Positions 26,306 to 33,675 of a stretch of DNA of 64,000 nt are shown here, in pieces. The notes below the pieces were generated by a model. It did no database searches. It saw only the letters and a list, made by a program, of their open reading frames with translations, and had not been told where the DNA came from. The stretch lies in the IMG/VR virus record IMGVR_UViG_3300031740_000001. One strand, written 5' to 3'. This DNA comes from a virus (lineage: Duplodnaviria > Heunggongvirae > Uroviricota > Caudoviricetes). Every line of letters begins with the position of its first letter. Position 1 is the first letter of the stretch. The translations under genes and the position numbers were made by a program.

Positions 26306-26768
26306 TTTGCAGGCTTGCCCGTGGTGCGCGTTCGTCGGCACGCCCCATATGTTCGATATCCATATGGATAAATACCACAACGAAGGTGAGCTGCGGCGCA
26401 ATCACGACCAGGACATCTTGGACGAGATCTTCGCGGAGCGTCTGCGTCAGGATGACAAATGGGGTGAACAGAATCATCCGAGCGGCACAGGTGATCAATG
26501 GACCAGGCATCTTGAGCCGTTCGAATGGCGTGAGGACAGAGCGGCACATATTGCTTATCTAGCCAAAGCGCACTGCGAGCGTAAAGCCCGTGGCGAGAAT
26601 TTGACCTTCTTGGACATTGCGCTGGAAGAGATCGCAGAAGCCTTCGCCGAGACGGACGAACATTTGCTCAGGGCGGAGCTTTTGCAGTCTGCTGCTGTGC
26701 TTGTGAATTGGATTGGCGCGATTGACCGGCGTGCTACAATGAACCGGAAGCAATCAACAGGAGAATGA
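26292..26768 (+). CDS. putative MazG-like nucleotide pyrophosphohydrolase (all-alpha NTP-PPase), low confidence
   Basis: ATG with a GGAGAAGGAAATG Shine-Dalgarno. It has the acidic helix motifs DEIFAERLRQDDKWGEQ and LEEIAEAFAETDE. Confidence 0.4.
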   Translation: MSLADLQACPWCAFVGTPHMFDIHMDKYHNEGELRRNHDQDILDEIFAERLRQDDKWGEQNHPSGTGDQWTRHLEPFEWREDRAAHIAYLAKAHCERKARGENLTFLDIALEEIAEAFAETDEHLLRAELLQSAAVLVNWIGAIDRRATMNRKQSTGE

Positions 26769-26771
26769 AAA

Positions 26772-27005
26772 ATGATAACGAAGATGTGGCGGTGGTTGAC
26801 CCTAGCTGATCTACCAGTACCGAAACCTGAAACGGTCGTCTCGATATACTGGGAAGACCGATCCCGAGAGCAGAAGCGTATTACCGCGCCGTATGCTCTC
26901 GGTTGGGAGGAAGGCTTCCAGGCAGCGTATCGGCTGTTTCTCGTAACAGGTCAAGTACCAAAACTCACTACAAGAAGGGAAAATGACAGTGAACCCAAAG
27001 GATGA
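26772..27005 (+). CDS. hypothetical protein
   Basis: 77-aa ORF. Confidence 0.45.
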   Translation: MITKMWRWLTLADLPVPKPETVVSIYWEDRSREQKRITAPYALGWEEGFQAAYRLFLVTGQVPKLTTRRENDSEPKG

Positions 27006-27165
27006 ACTGATCCTCGCAGTGCTCGCTTGGGCGGACTTCGAACAGGCTATGTTCGACGCGGAGACGGGACCTGAACTTATGCACGCGATGGCCGATTCCG
27101 TCCAGGCGGACGCGGATCTTCGCGCGGCGGTCGACAAGTATCGCACTGAGGTCATGGGCGTATGA
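26983..27165 (+). CDS. hypothetical protein
   Basis: 60-aa ORF with an AAGGGAAAATG Shine-Dalgarno. Confidence 0.4.
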   Translation: MTVNPKDELILAVLAWADFEQAMFDAETGPELMHAMADSVQADADLRAAVDKYRTEVMGV

Positions 27166-27440
27166 ACCCTACATGCTTCTACTGCGGAACGGAGGACGGT
27201 TTGAGGCCATACGGCCCGGATCGTTCTCCGGTCTGCCACCCATGCGTGAGCAGCGATCCTGAACGTAATCGTGCAGCTGAGAAGATGTTTCACGAGGAAG
27301 TTTTCGGCGTGCTGGAGAGCATGCCGGAAGGTGGAATCCTTCTTCTTAATTCCGTGACTGGCGAGATGATGGTAATGTCTGCGGAAGAGCTGGAAGAGAT
27401 CGGCGGAATGCCGACAACGGACAAGGAGAACGACGAATGA
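27162..27440 (+). CDS. Cys4 zinc-ribbon protein
   Basis: CFYCGTE...CHPC motif. Confidence 0.5.
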   Translation: MNPTCFYCGTEDGLRPYGPDRSPVCHPCVSSDPERNRAAEKMFHEEVFGVLESMPEGGILLLNSVTGEMMVMSAEELEEIGGMPTTDKENDE

Positions 27441-27868
27441 TCGAGTACAACAGCAAGTACGATGGCCTCACGTTTTTTCCGGAGCCACGACTTCTGATCA
27501 AGCCAGGTACCTTCAAAGGCTCTACGCAGGAGCTTCGTGAGCTGGTGCTTAAGCAGATCGAAGAGTACCCAGAGAGCTTCCACATGGATTCTTGGATCCA
27601 TAATGAAAAAGGCGATGAATCGTTGTTCGCAGAGCCTAGCGTTTCGTGGCTTGAAAACGTAGGCGAAGGCACTTCTCATTGCGGTACGACAATGTGTATC
27701 GCGGGCTACGTGCAGACGTTTGTCGAAGGCAAGATTGACAACGATGTGGAGAAGGTAGCCAAGGATGCTCTCGGCCTGGAAAGTACGGCTCTGTTCTACA
27801 TGAGCAATGAGGACGCACGGCGTGAGCTGGAGCGTCTGGTTAATGAAGGTACAGACGCCAACGCGTAA
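27437..27868 (+). CDS. hypothetical protein
   Basis: 143-aa ORF, followed by a terminator. Confidence 0.55.
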   Translation: MIEYNSKYDGLTFFPEPRLLIKPGTFKGSTQELRELVLKQIEEYPESFHMDSWIHNEKGDESLFAEPSVSWLENVGEGTSHCGTTMCIAGYVQTFVEGKIDNDVEKVAKDALGLESTALFYMSNEDARRELERLVNEGTDANA

Positions 27869-27879
27869 ATAAGATCGGT

Positions 27880-27915
27880 CCATGCCTTTCGGAAGGAGGC
27901 ATGGGCCGTTTTTCG
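27880..27915 (+). terminator. rho-independent terminator
   Basis: CCATGCC-loop-GGCATGG, followed by GCCGTTTTTCG. Confidence 0.55.
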
Positions 27916-27936
27916 TTATGGGTAGGAAAAACTGAA

Positions 27937-28101
27937 ATGACTGAGCACGAGGTGCTTCCAGAGCACGAGCATGATTTCGACGACTGCAAGTGTTGCGGCC
28001 AGAACAGCTACTGTCTGATCTGCGGAAGGACAGAATACGAGCTTGAGCTGATCGACGCGCTCGCTGAGATGACCTGGCGAATTGCTGGGCTCGAAAAGTA
28101 G
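27937..28101 (+). CDS. zinc-ribbon small protein (54 aa)
   Basis: MTEHEV... CKCCGQNSYCLICG. Confidence 0.45.
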   Translation: MTEHEVLPEHEHDFDDCKCCGQNSYCLICGRTEYELELIDALAEMTWRIAGLEK

Positions 28102-28111
28102 GAGGTGTTCG

Positions 28112-28213
28112 ATGGACCCGAAAGACGAAAACGGCCTGATTCTTATTTCCCTGGTGATTCTTGCTGGACTCATTGCTGGAATCATTCAATTCTTCAAGCC
28201 GAAAGGCAAATGA
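28112..28213 (+). CDS. membrane peptide (33 aa)
   Basis: AGGAGG Shine-Dalgarno 6 nt upstream. Translation: MDPKDENGLILISLVILAGLIAGIIQFFKPKGK. Confidence 0.45.
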   Translation: MDPKDENGLILISLVILAGLIAGIIQFFKPKGK

Positions 28214-28299
28214 CCAGGGCGTTTGCAACTAGGTTGTTGATCTGGTAAAGTAGACATCAGCAACGAGGAAGACGGAAAGGGAACAGAAGGGAAGAAAGT

Positions 28300-28497
28300 A
28301 TGAGTAATGGGGTAGCAGTCCTGCTCACTATGGGGCTCACCGCCGTTTTCATATTCATGTTCAGGCCGATCACGCTGCCCAAGGTCGCGGGGTTCGTCCT
28401 GTTCATCGCCGCAATCTGGCTTATTCGCCAGGTGATCGACTTCGGGTACAACCCTCTTGAGGGAAAAGTCCCGGACGTTCAGATCAACAAGAGATAG
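28300..28497 (+). CDS. small membrane protein (65 aa, 2 TM)
   Basis: GGGAAGAAAGT Shine-Dalgarno. Two hydrophobic helices. Confidence 0.5.
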   Translation: MSNGVAVLLTMGLTAVFIFMFRPITLPKVAGFVLFIAAIWLIRQVIDFGYNPLEGKVPDVQINKR

Positions 28498-28500
28498 CTC

Positions 28501-28620
28501 GATGGGAGACAACGGCGTCCAGTCTTGGGACTGCATCGGGTTGGCAATACTCGTTTTATGTTGCATCGGGTTGATGTATCTCAACCGGAAGTGGCGCGAT
28601 TTTATCAACAAGAAGAAATA
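28501..28620 (+). CDS. membrane peptide (39 aa)
   Basis: MGDNGVQSWDCIGLAILVLCCIGLMYLNRKWRDFINKKK. Confidence 0.35.
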
Positions 28621-28630
28621 GGAGAAGAAA

Positions 28631-28723
28631 ATGAAGGCTCTCAAGGAGATCTTCTACGCTGTCTGCGGCATCGCTCTTGCGGCCGGGCTCATCTACGTGG
28701 GCGTGCAGCTCGGATGGTGGTAA
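28631..28723 (+). CDS. membrane peptide (30 aa)
   Basis: AATAGGAGAAGAAAATG Shine-Dalgarno. Translation: MKALKEIFYAVCGIALAAGLIYVGVQLGWW. Confidence 0.4.
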   Translation: MKALKEIFYAVCGIALAAGLIYVGVQLGWW

Positions 28724-28857
28724 CCGGCGTAGCGGAACACTGGATGGACGGTCCAGACCGGCTTATTGGTCTGAACGGCTTCCAGTACATAGCTTTGCTG
28801 GTCGGCCTGGCCTGTTTGGGTTGGGCGATTAGCGGCTGGTTCCGGAGGAAGAAATGA
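28714..28857 (+). CDS. membrane peptide (47 aa)
   Basis: Its ATG overlaps the end of the previous peptide gene. Translation: MVVTGVAEHWMDGPDRLIGLNGFQYIALLVGLACLGWAISGWFRRKK. Confidence 0.4.
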   Translation: MVVTGVAEHWMDGPDRLIGLNGFQYIALLVGLACLGWAISGWFRRKK

Positions 28858-29044
28858 GACCGGTGATTTGGGTGCTCGTGGGGTTGGTGTGTTTTATTCT
28901 TACCACCCTCTATACCAGATCTTTTCCGTGAGCTTAGGCAAGGTGGTAGCGGTCATCGTTGCGGTGGCCGCTATCACCATTTGTGTGGGAAAGTGGATTG
29001 CCATGATTGTGTCAGGAAGTTGACACTTTGCCGTCTTGCGGAAT

Positions 29045-29100
29045 CTCTGTAATCGTGTTAGGATTTAGGTACAAGCAAGAACGAAGACAGGGAGAACGAG
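29045..29100 (+). promoter_or_regulatory. conserved promoter/leader cassette, copy 1 (extended -10 TGtTAGGAT, then TTTAGGTAC, then purine-rich leader, then ATG)
   Basis: ATCGTGTTAGGATTTAGGTACAAGCAAGAACGAAGACAGGGAGAACGAG-ATG. It is one of at least 10 related copies. Confidence 0.55.
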
Positions 29101-29310
29101 ATGAACATCGAGGCTAGCAAGATTCGTCCCGGAATGATCCTCAGCATCTACGGAAACAAAGAGCGGTTCGATGTCGAGGCGGTTCAGGCGAACGAGTTCG
29201 GCGCAGTGATCATCACGAACTGGTCCAACAAGAGCCGCGGACTGAGCAAGGACGAGACGGTCGAGGTCCTCGGATACTTCAACCCCTCCGGAGTTGGGGT
29301 CTACGCTTAA
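29101..29310 (+). CDS. hypothetical protein
   Basis: 69 aa, directly after cassette copy 1. Confidence 0.5.
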   Translation: MNIEASKIRPGMILSIYGNKERFDVEAVQANEFGAVIITNWSNKSRGLSKDETVEVLGYFNPSGVGVYA

Positions 29311-29354
29311 GGGATTCGTCAAATGCCCAGGTAACTGGGCATTTGCCAAATCTG

Positions 29355-29400
29355 CTTAATCGTGATACGATTTAGCTAGACAACGAGAAGGAGAACGAAA
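29355..29400 (+). promoter_or_regulatory. conserved promoter/leader cassette, copy 2
   Basis: ATCGTGATACGATTTAGCTAGACAACGAGAAGGAGAACGAAA-ATG. Confidence 0.55.
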
Positions 29401-29601
29401 ATGACAAAGGACCAGGTAGCCACTGCCGGATCGTTCCTCGTGCTAGTGCGCAACTTTCCCGGAACCGCGCTTCTGCTGGGCAAGGAGCTGTTCGATCTGA
29501 TTGCGATCGCGCAGAAAGTTTACAGCGGCAAGGCTGCGAGCAACACGGATATGATCAAGGTCGCGAAAGCGACCACCCAAATGTGTGACATGCTCGGCTG
29601 A
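29401..29601 (+). CDS. hypothetical protein
   Basis: 66 aa, after cassette copy 2. Confidence 0.5.
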   Translation: MTKDQVATAGSFLVLVRNFPGTALLLGKELFDLIAIAQKVYSGKAASNTDMIKVAKATTQMCDMLG

Positions 29602-29617
29602 GCGCCACCCGTGCTCT

Positions 29618-29637
29618 ACCCGCGAAAGCGGGTAGGG
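29618..29637 (+). terminator. GAAA-tetraloop hairpin (CTACCCGC-GAAA-GCGGGTAG) without a U-tract. It may be an I-shaped terminator or an RNA processing site.
   Basis: It has a perfect 8-bp GC-rich stem. It lies 16 nt after a stop codon and is followed by the conserved GAGGTTCAG. Confidence 0.4.
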
Positions 29638-29673
29638 TGCGGCAGAGGTTCAGACGATGAAGAGGAGAAGGAA

Positions 29674-29886
29674 ATGCATTTGAACATGAGTACCCTGATT
29701 GCCTGGCTTTGTGAGACCTACGATGCGAAGAATATCGTAGGTGGGCGGATCGGCGCGAAGGAGTGGCGTAACGCAGCCTTCGACACGCTGGTGCAGGCCG
29801 CAATGCAGAGCGAGGGATGCACCAAGGAATACGCCGAAACGTGGCTGGCCGAAGAGGTCACGGAGTACTACGCAAGCAAGGGTTAG
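29674..29886 (+). CDS. hypothetical protein (70 aa)
   Basis: GAGGAGAAGGAAATG leader. Confidence 0.5.
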   Translation: MHLNMSTLIAWLCETYDAKNIVGGRIGAKEWRNAAFDTLVQAAMQSEGCTKEYAETWLAEEVTEYYASKG

Positions 29887-29920
29887 CTCGGGTGCAACAC
29901 GATAACGAGGATTTGACAGA

Positions 29921-29975
29921 ATCTCCGTTATCGTGTTAGACTTTAGCTACAAGCAACGAGGACAAGGAGAAGGAA
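29921..29975 (+). promoter_or_regulatory. conserved promoter/leader cassette, copy 3 (with -35 TTGACA at 29913-29918)
   Basis: TTGACA-18-TAGACT, inside CCGTTATCGTGTTAGACTTTAGCTACAAGCAACGAGGACAAGGAGAAGGAA-ATG. A 12-bp inverted repeat, AACACGATAACG...CGTTATCGTGTT, flanks the -35 element. Confidence 0.55.
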
Positions 29976-30125
29976 ATGGAACTGAGCATCAAGGACCTGT
30001 GGAAGATCAAGGAAGCGTTGGGAGTCTTGGATTCTGAATACACGGACGAAGCGGCAGTTGAGCTGATGGGCCGCGTGACCGAAGCGATTACCCGGCGCGT
30101 CGAGGAAGCACGGAACATGTTCTGA
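29976..30125 (+). CDS. small protein (49 aa)
   Basis: Not in the ORF track. Translation: MELSIKDLWKIKEALGVLDSEYTDEAAVELMGRVTEAITRRVEEARNMF. It lies right after cassette copy 3. Confidence 0.5.
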   Translation: MELSIKDLWKIKEALGVLDSEYTDEAAVELMGRVTEAITRRVEEARNMF

Positions 30126-30140
30126 ACGGCTCCCCTAGAT

Positions 30141-30158
30141 GTCCCCCGAAAGGGGGAC
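30141..30158 (+). terminator. GAAA-tetraloop hairpin (GTCCCCC-GAAA-GGGGGAC), followed by GAAGAGGTTCAG
   Basis: Same architecture as the hairpin at 29618. Confidence 0.4.
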
Positions 30159-30184
30159 AAACTGGGAAGAGGTTCAGCACGAAC

Positions 30185-30270
30185 GAACTTCGATTAGGGT
30201 TTCCGCCGAATCAGGATAGGGCTAATCGCCGAAACACGAATAGGGAATCCCGCCGAAACTAGGGAGGCCA
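30185..30270. repeat. three tandem ~23-bp iteron-like repeats (tAGGGnnTCCGCCGAAnC)
   Basis: The copies are ATTAGGGTTTCCGCCGAATC, AGGATAGGGCTAATCGCCGAAAC and ACGAATAGGGAATCCCGCCGAAAC, followed by TAGGGAGGCC. They sit inside a 300-bp non-coding gap. Confidence 0.5.
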
Positions 30271-30345
30271 GCGCGCGGCGAGTATTGCGCGACCGAGAGT
30301 GCCACTGGGGAAAAAGGCAGCGTGTGCAGGGCGTGAATCCTGTGG

Positions 30346-30397
30346 GGAGTGGAGCTGAGTAACGGCAGCCTGTCAGGTTCGAGTCCTGGCCACTCAC
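30346..30397 (+). ncRNA. tRNA-like minihelix (acceptor stem, a short hairpin, canonical T-arm TCAGG-TTCGAGT-CCTGG), no anticodon arm
   Basis: GGAGTGG-AG-GCTG AGTAACGG CAGC-CTG-TCAGGTTCGAGTCCTGG-CCACTCA. The acceptor has 6/7 bp. It is 52 nt long and lies in a non-coding region, 35 nt upstream of gene 30431. Confidence 0.35.
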
Positions 30398-30430
30398 GTA
30401 AGATAAAGACAACGAGGAAGGAAGACGGAA

Positions 30431-30844
30431 ATGGGTTATTCCAGCTCAGTGACAGGCGAGATCTATGTCAGCCCTGTTCCAGCGCCGAATCTGCTCGACC
30501 TGGTGGCGCTGCGGAAAGACCGCAACGTTAGCCGAGCGCTGGAGTGTCTGAAGGTTGAGTTCGAGTTCGATACCACGACGGAGATCGAGACGGACGGAAC
30601 TGAGGTGACACGACGCAAGGTGACTGCCGCAAAGCTGATGACTCGCTGTGAGGGCGTGGAGCATTCTCACTATTACCTGCAAGAAGGTCTGCAAGCACTG
30701 GTAAACAGCCTTGGCAAGAACCGGAAGTACAGCGGCTGGTTCGACTTCCGAGGCGAGGCTGGAGATCTTATGCGATACGCCATCGTCGATGGTGTCGCGC
30801 GCGAGTTCGAGCCGACGATCACGTGGCCAGCGGAGGTGAACTGA
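30431..30844 (+). CDS. hypothetical protein
   Basis: 137-aa ORF with a GAGGAAGGAAGACGGAAATG leader. Confidence 0.55.
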   Translation: MGYSSSVTGEIYVSPVPAPNLLDLVALRKDRNVSRALECLKVEFEFDTTTEIETDGTEVTRRKVTAAKLMTRCEGVEHSHYYLQEGLQALVNSLGKNRKYSGWFDFRGEAGDLMRYAIVDGVAREFEPTITWPAEVN

Positions 30845-30846
30845 CA

Positions 30847-30951
30847 TGCACCTTCCAGGCTGGTTCACCTCGTACATCCTAGGATGGGTGTGCGGCTGGA
30901 TAGCCGCGTCGGTGTTCGTGCTCTATCTGGCGCGAAAGCGTAAGCGCTGAA
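30847..30951 (+). CDS. membrane peptide (34 aa)
   Basis: MHLPGWFTSYILGWVCGWIAASVFVLYLARKRKR. Confidence 0.4.
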
Positions 30952-30964
30952 CAGTTCCCTTGAG

Positions 30965-30984
30965 CCACCTGCGAAAGCAGGTGG
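30965..30984 (+). terminator. GAAA-tetraloop hairpin (CCACCTGC-GAAA-GCAGGTGG), followed by GGAAAAGGTTCAG
   Basis: Third member of the hairpin + GGTTCAG family. It is followed by the promoter TTGACT-16-TGtTATGAT (31009-31036). Confidence 0.4.
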
Positions 30985-31065
30985 TGATAGGAAAAGGTTC
31001 AGATCAATTTGACTGAATCGAAATCTCTGTTATGATGGAGATACGGAAATGACAAGGGAGGGAAA

Positions 31066-31446
31066 GTGGCAACAGGAACTAAATCAAGTGCAGGCAGCAA
31101 ACTTGCTGGTTTCGTCGCGCTAATCGTGCTTCTCGGGTTCGGATACGGACTGGTCAAGCGCATTCCGAGCGATGAGCGATCGGGAGCGTTGTTTTCGGTT
31201 GTTTTCGAATCGAAAACGCGTGTTATTGCAGTGAATATCGTCATTCTTGTGGATGGCGTTCTTGTTCACTCGGCTAAGCCCAGAAAGTCTCCGTGGGAGC
31301 AACTCGTATTGCTCAATAGGGGGCAGACGGCAGTGCTCACCGCAGAGCAAAAGATACCAGCTAGGCTGTCTTGTGCCGTCAACGGTGAGGTTCAGGAGAT
31401 TCGGGAGTTTCCGGGGATCGTGACCTGTGCGTATAGGCGGGCGTGA
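31066..31446 (+). CDS. hypothetical membrane-associated protein
   Basis: GTG start after a GGGAGGGAAA Shine-Dalgarno. Hydrophobic N-terminus: AGFVALIVLLGFGYGLV. Confidence 0.45.
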   Translation: MATGTKSSAGSKLAGFVALIVLLGFGYGLVKRIPSDERSGALFSVVFESKTRVIAVNIVILVDGVLVHSAKPRKSPWEQLVLLNRGQTAVLTAEQKIPARLSCAVNGEVQEIREFPGIVTCAYRRA

Positions 31447-31543
31447 TCTGCTGAACAGAACCCTTGCGCCATCGCGCTAAGCTCGGTGGCGTCTAGGAAG
31501 CGGTTCAGCCGAATCGTGAAATGAAGACAACGAAAGGGAAGAA

Positions 31544-32485
31544 ATGGGAATTCTGATCGGGCTCATCATCTTGACGTTGATCGGGCTTGTTGCGGCAGTG
31601 TTCGTAGCTGCACCTACTCCGGCGAAACCGGAACGCAGGGACGGCTATGGCCGAACGTCTGCAGCAGTTCCCGCTAGCCGGGTGTACTGGGAGCGTGGCG
31701 TTGCTGTTCTGCTGGCAATCGCTGCTTTGTGGTTCGTGTGCTCGATTTCGATCGTGGACGCTCGGGCGCAGAAGGTGCAAACCAGCTTTGGCAAGGTGAC
31801 GGGCGTCAACGGTTCAGGGTTCAACCTGGTCGCTCCGTGGTCCAGCGGTACTCAGTTCTCGACCAGCAAGCAGTGGATCGAGTTCGAGGCCGATGGCAAG
31901 GACGACAAAGAGCCACAGATCAAGGTACGGCTTGCAGGCCAGGCGACGGCTGTTGTCTGGGGCACTGTGTACTACGAGCAGCCTGCAAGTGAGATCGATG
32001 ATCTGTACCTGGACTGGAAGGAAGAGGCTCGTATCCGCGAGAAGTTCGTTTTCCCGCTGGTCCAGCAGGCGCTGAATGAGGCCTTCGGAGTTTATGACCC
32101 GCTGGCTGCCGCAAAGCAGGACGCTGAGGTGCTTTCCACCTATAGCAAGACGGCAACCGAGGCTCTGAGGTCGAAGATCGGCGGCAAGCTTGCTGACGTA
32201 CAGATTCAGCTTCGTGACATCGACTATGACGATGATACGGAGAGGCGTCTGCGGGACATTCAGACCGCTATCGCAGACTTCCGTGTAGCCACACAGAAGG
32301 CCGCGACAGCAGAGCAGATCGCCTTGGCAAATACCCGGATCGCCGCGTCATTGAGCAACGATCCGGTGACTGCGTTCTACCAGTGTTCGCAGATGTGGGC
32401 GGACGTCATCAAGGAGACCAAGCCCGGCACGCTGAACCTAGCGAGCATCTGCAGTCAGTACATCCCGCTAACTGCAACACGGTAA
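31544..32485 (+). CDS. SPFH/band-7 (prohibitin/stomatin-like) domain membrane protein
   Basis: An N-terminal TM helix is followed by QKVQTSFGKVTG...VWGTVYY... and a coiled-coil, AEQIALANTRIAAS, typical of the SPFH family. Confidence 0.6.
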   Translation: MGILIGLIILTLIGLVAAVFVAAPTPAKPERRDGYGRTSAAVPASRVYWERGVAVLLAIAALWFVCSISIVDARAQKVQTSFGKVTGVNGSGFNLVAPWSSGTQFSTSKQWIEFEADGKDDKEPQIKVRLAGQATAVVWGTVYYEQPASEIDDLYLDWKEEARIREKFVFPLVQQALNEAFGVYDPLAAAKQDAEVLSTYSKTATEALRSKIGGKLADVQIQLRDIDYDDDTERRLRDIQTAIADFRVATQKAATAEQIALANTRIAASLSNDPVTAFYQCSQMWADVIKETKPGTLNLASICSQYIPLTATR

Positions 32486-32528
32486 CAAGGAGCGCGCAGG
32501 GCACCTCAGAGACGGCCCTGCGTGCACT

Positions 32529-32575
32529 CAGAAATTGTGTTATGATTTAGGCAACGACAACGGAAGGAGCAAGAA
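32529..32575 (+). promoter_or_regulatory. conserved promoter/leader cassette, copy 4
   Basis: ATTGTGTTATGATTTAGGCAACGACAACGGAAGGAGCAAGAA-ATG (extended -10 TGtTATGAT). Confidence 0.55.
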
Positions 32576-32941
32576 ATGAGCACTGCACCGACGCGTGAGG
32601 AAGGCCGCTGGAACGAGGTCTACATTGACCTCTACGCACTTACTCCGGACCAGCGCGAAGAGTTGCTTCGTAGCCGCGTTGCGGCAGGGATTGCTCTGCT
32701 CAACGAGCGGGAGTGGTCTGCGCCGTGGTACTTCCAGGTGAACGTGAACACGTTGGACATTGAGGATCCGTATTACTGCGTTCTTGGCCAGCTGTTCACT
32801 GAGGACGGCTATATGGAGGGTTTGCGGGCGCTCAATTTGATGATGGGCATCCTGTACGGGTTCTCAGGTGCCTACCCGCAGGCGCTCACGAGCATCTGGT
32901 GTGAAGAAATCCTCAAGCTTCGCGAAAATCACGTACAATAA
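32576..32941 (+). CDS. hypothetical protein
   Basis: 121 aa. Confidence 0.5.
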   Translation: MSTAPTREEGRWNEVYIDLYALTPDQREELLRSRVAAGIALLNEREWSAPWYFQVNVNTLDIEDPYYCVLGQLFTEDGYMEGLRALNLMMGILYGFSGAYPQALTSIWCEEILKLRENHVQ

Positions 32942-33020
32942 GCACAGCTTCAACGGCCTGCTCTCGTTTAGGGACGACAGCGGACCGTTGGAGAAGTTCT
33001 TATCGTAAAGGAGAACGAGA

Positions 33021-33248
33021 ATGGGCATGACGTGGGGTGAATTCGCTGCGCTGATAGGGTTTCCGCCCCAAGAGATCGAGGGGGACTGGGACTACTACGG
33101 CAGGGAGTGGGTAGAATTTCGCCAGTGGGCAGGGTTCCGCTGGGATGATGACCATGTCGCACCGGACAAGCCGATAGGCACCGACAAGGCGTTTCAGCTG
33201 CTTTTGCTTCGTATGGGGCAGCTCGGAATGTTCAAGGAAAAGGAGTAG
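33021..33248 (+). CDS. hypothetical protein
   Basis: 75 aa with a TATCGTAAAGGAGAACGAGA-ATG leader. Confidence 0.5.
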   Translation: MGMTWGEFAALIGFPPQEIEGDWDYYGREWVEFRQWAGFRWDDDHVAPDKPIGTDKAFQLLLLRMGQLGMFKEKE

Positions 33249-33252
33249 GAGA

Positions 33253-33465
33253 TTGGGAAATCTTCCGCCAGCTGGTTCCTGGGAAGGTAATTGGGGCGCG
33301 AATCAGCCTTATCAGTCCAAGGGTCCGGAGGGTAATTGGTCAACCAACAACAAACCGCCGAAAAAAGGCGGGCGCGGTGGTTGCCGAAACCTTATCTTTT
33401 GGGTGATCGCGATCCTCGCGGTCATCATCTGCTTGGCGAATCTCGCTAGTCACAGCCACTTCTAG
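33253..33465 (+). CDS. small membrane protein (non-ATG start)
   Basis: C-terminal TM helix LIFWVIAILAVIICLANL. A TTG start follows AAGGAG. Confidence 0.4.
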   Translation: MGNLPPAGSWEGNWGANQPYQSKGPEGNWSTNNKPPKKGGRGGCRNLIFWVIAILAVIICLANLASHSHF

Positions 33466-33473
33466 GAGGAAAA

Positions 33474-33560
33474 ATGAGTTGGATTGAGGGATTAGTGCAG
33501 GTAGTTGCCATTATTGTAGGCGGCGTTATTGCATTAGCATTGATTTACAAGCTTCTCTAG
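33474..33560 (+). CDS. membrane peptide (28 aa)
   Basis: TAGGAGGAAAAATG Shine-Dalgarno. Translation: MSWIEGLVQVVAIIVGGVIALALIYKLL. Confidence 0.4.
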   Translation: MSWIEGLVQVVAIIVGGVIALALIYKLL

Positions 33561-33566
33561 CAAGGC

Positions 33567-33639
33567 GCGGGCGTAGCTCAGCTGGCAGAGCTTCCGACTT
33601 TTACTCGGAATGTCGCAGGTTCGATCCCTGCCGCCCGTA
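33567..33639 (+). tRNA. tRNA-Lys (anticodon UUU)
   Basis: GCGGGCG-TA-GCTC-AGCTGGCA-GAGC-T-TCCGA-CTTTTAC-TCGGA-ATGTC-GCAGG-TTCGATC-CCTGC-CGCCCGT-A. It is 73 nt with no encoded CCA. Confidence 0.8.
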
Positions 33640-33675
33640 CGTAAGGACATCATCGAAACAGAAAAGGAGAGCACC

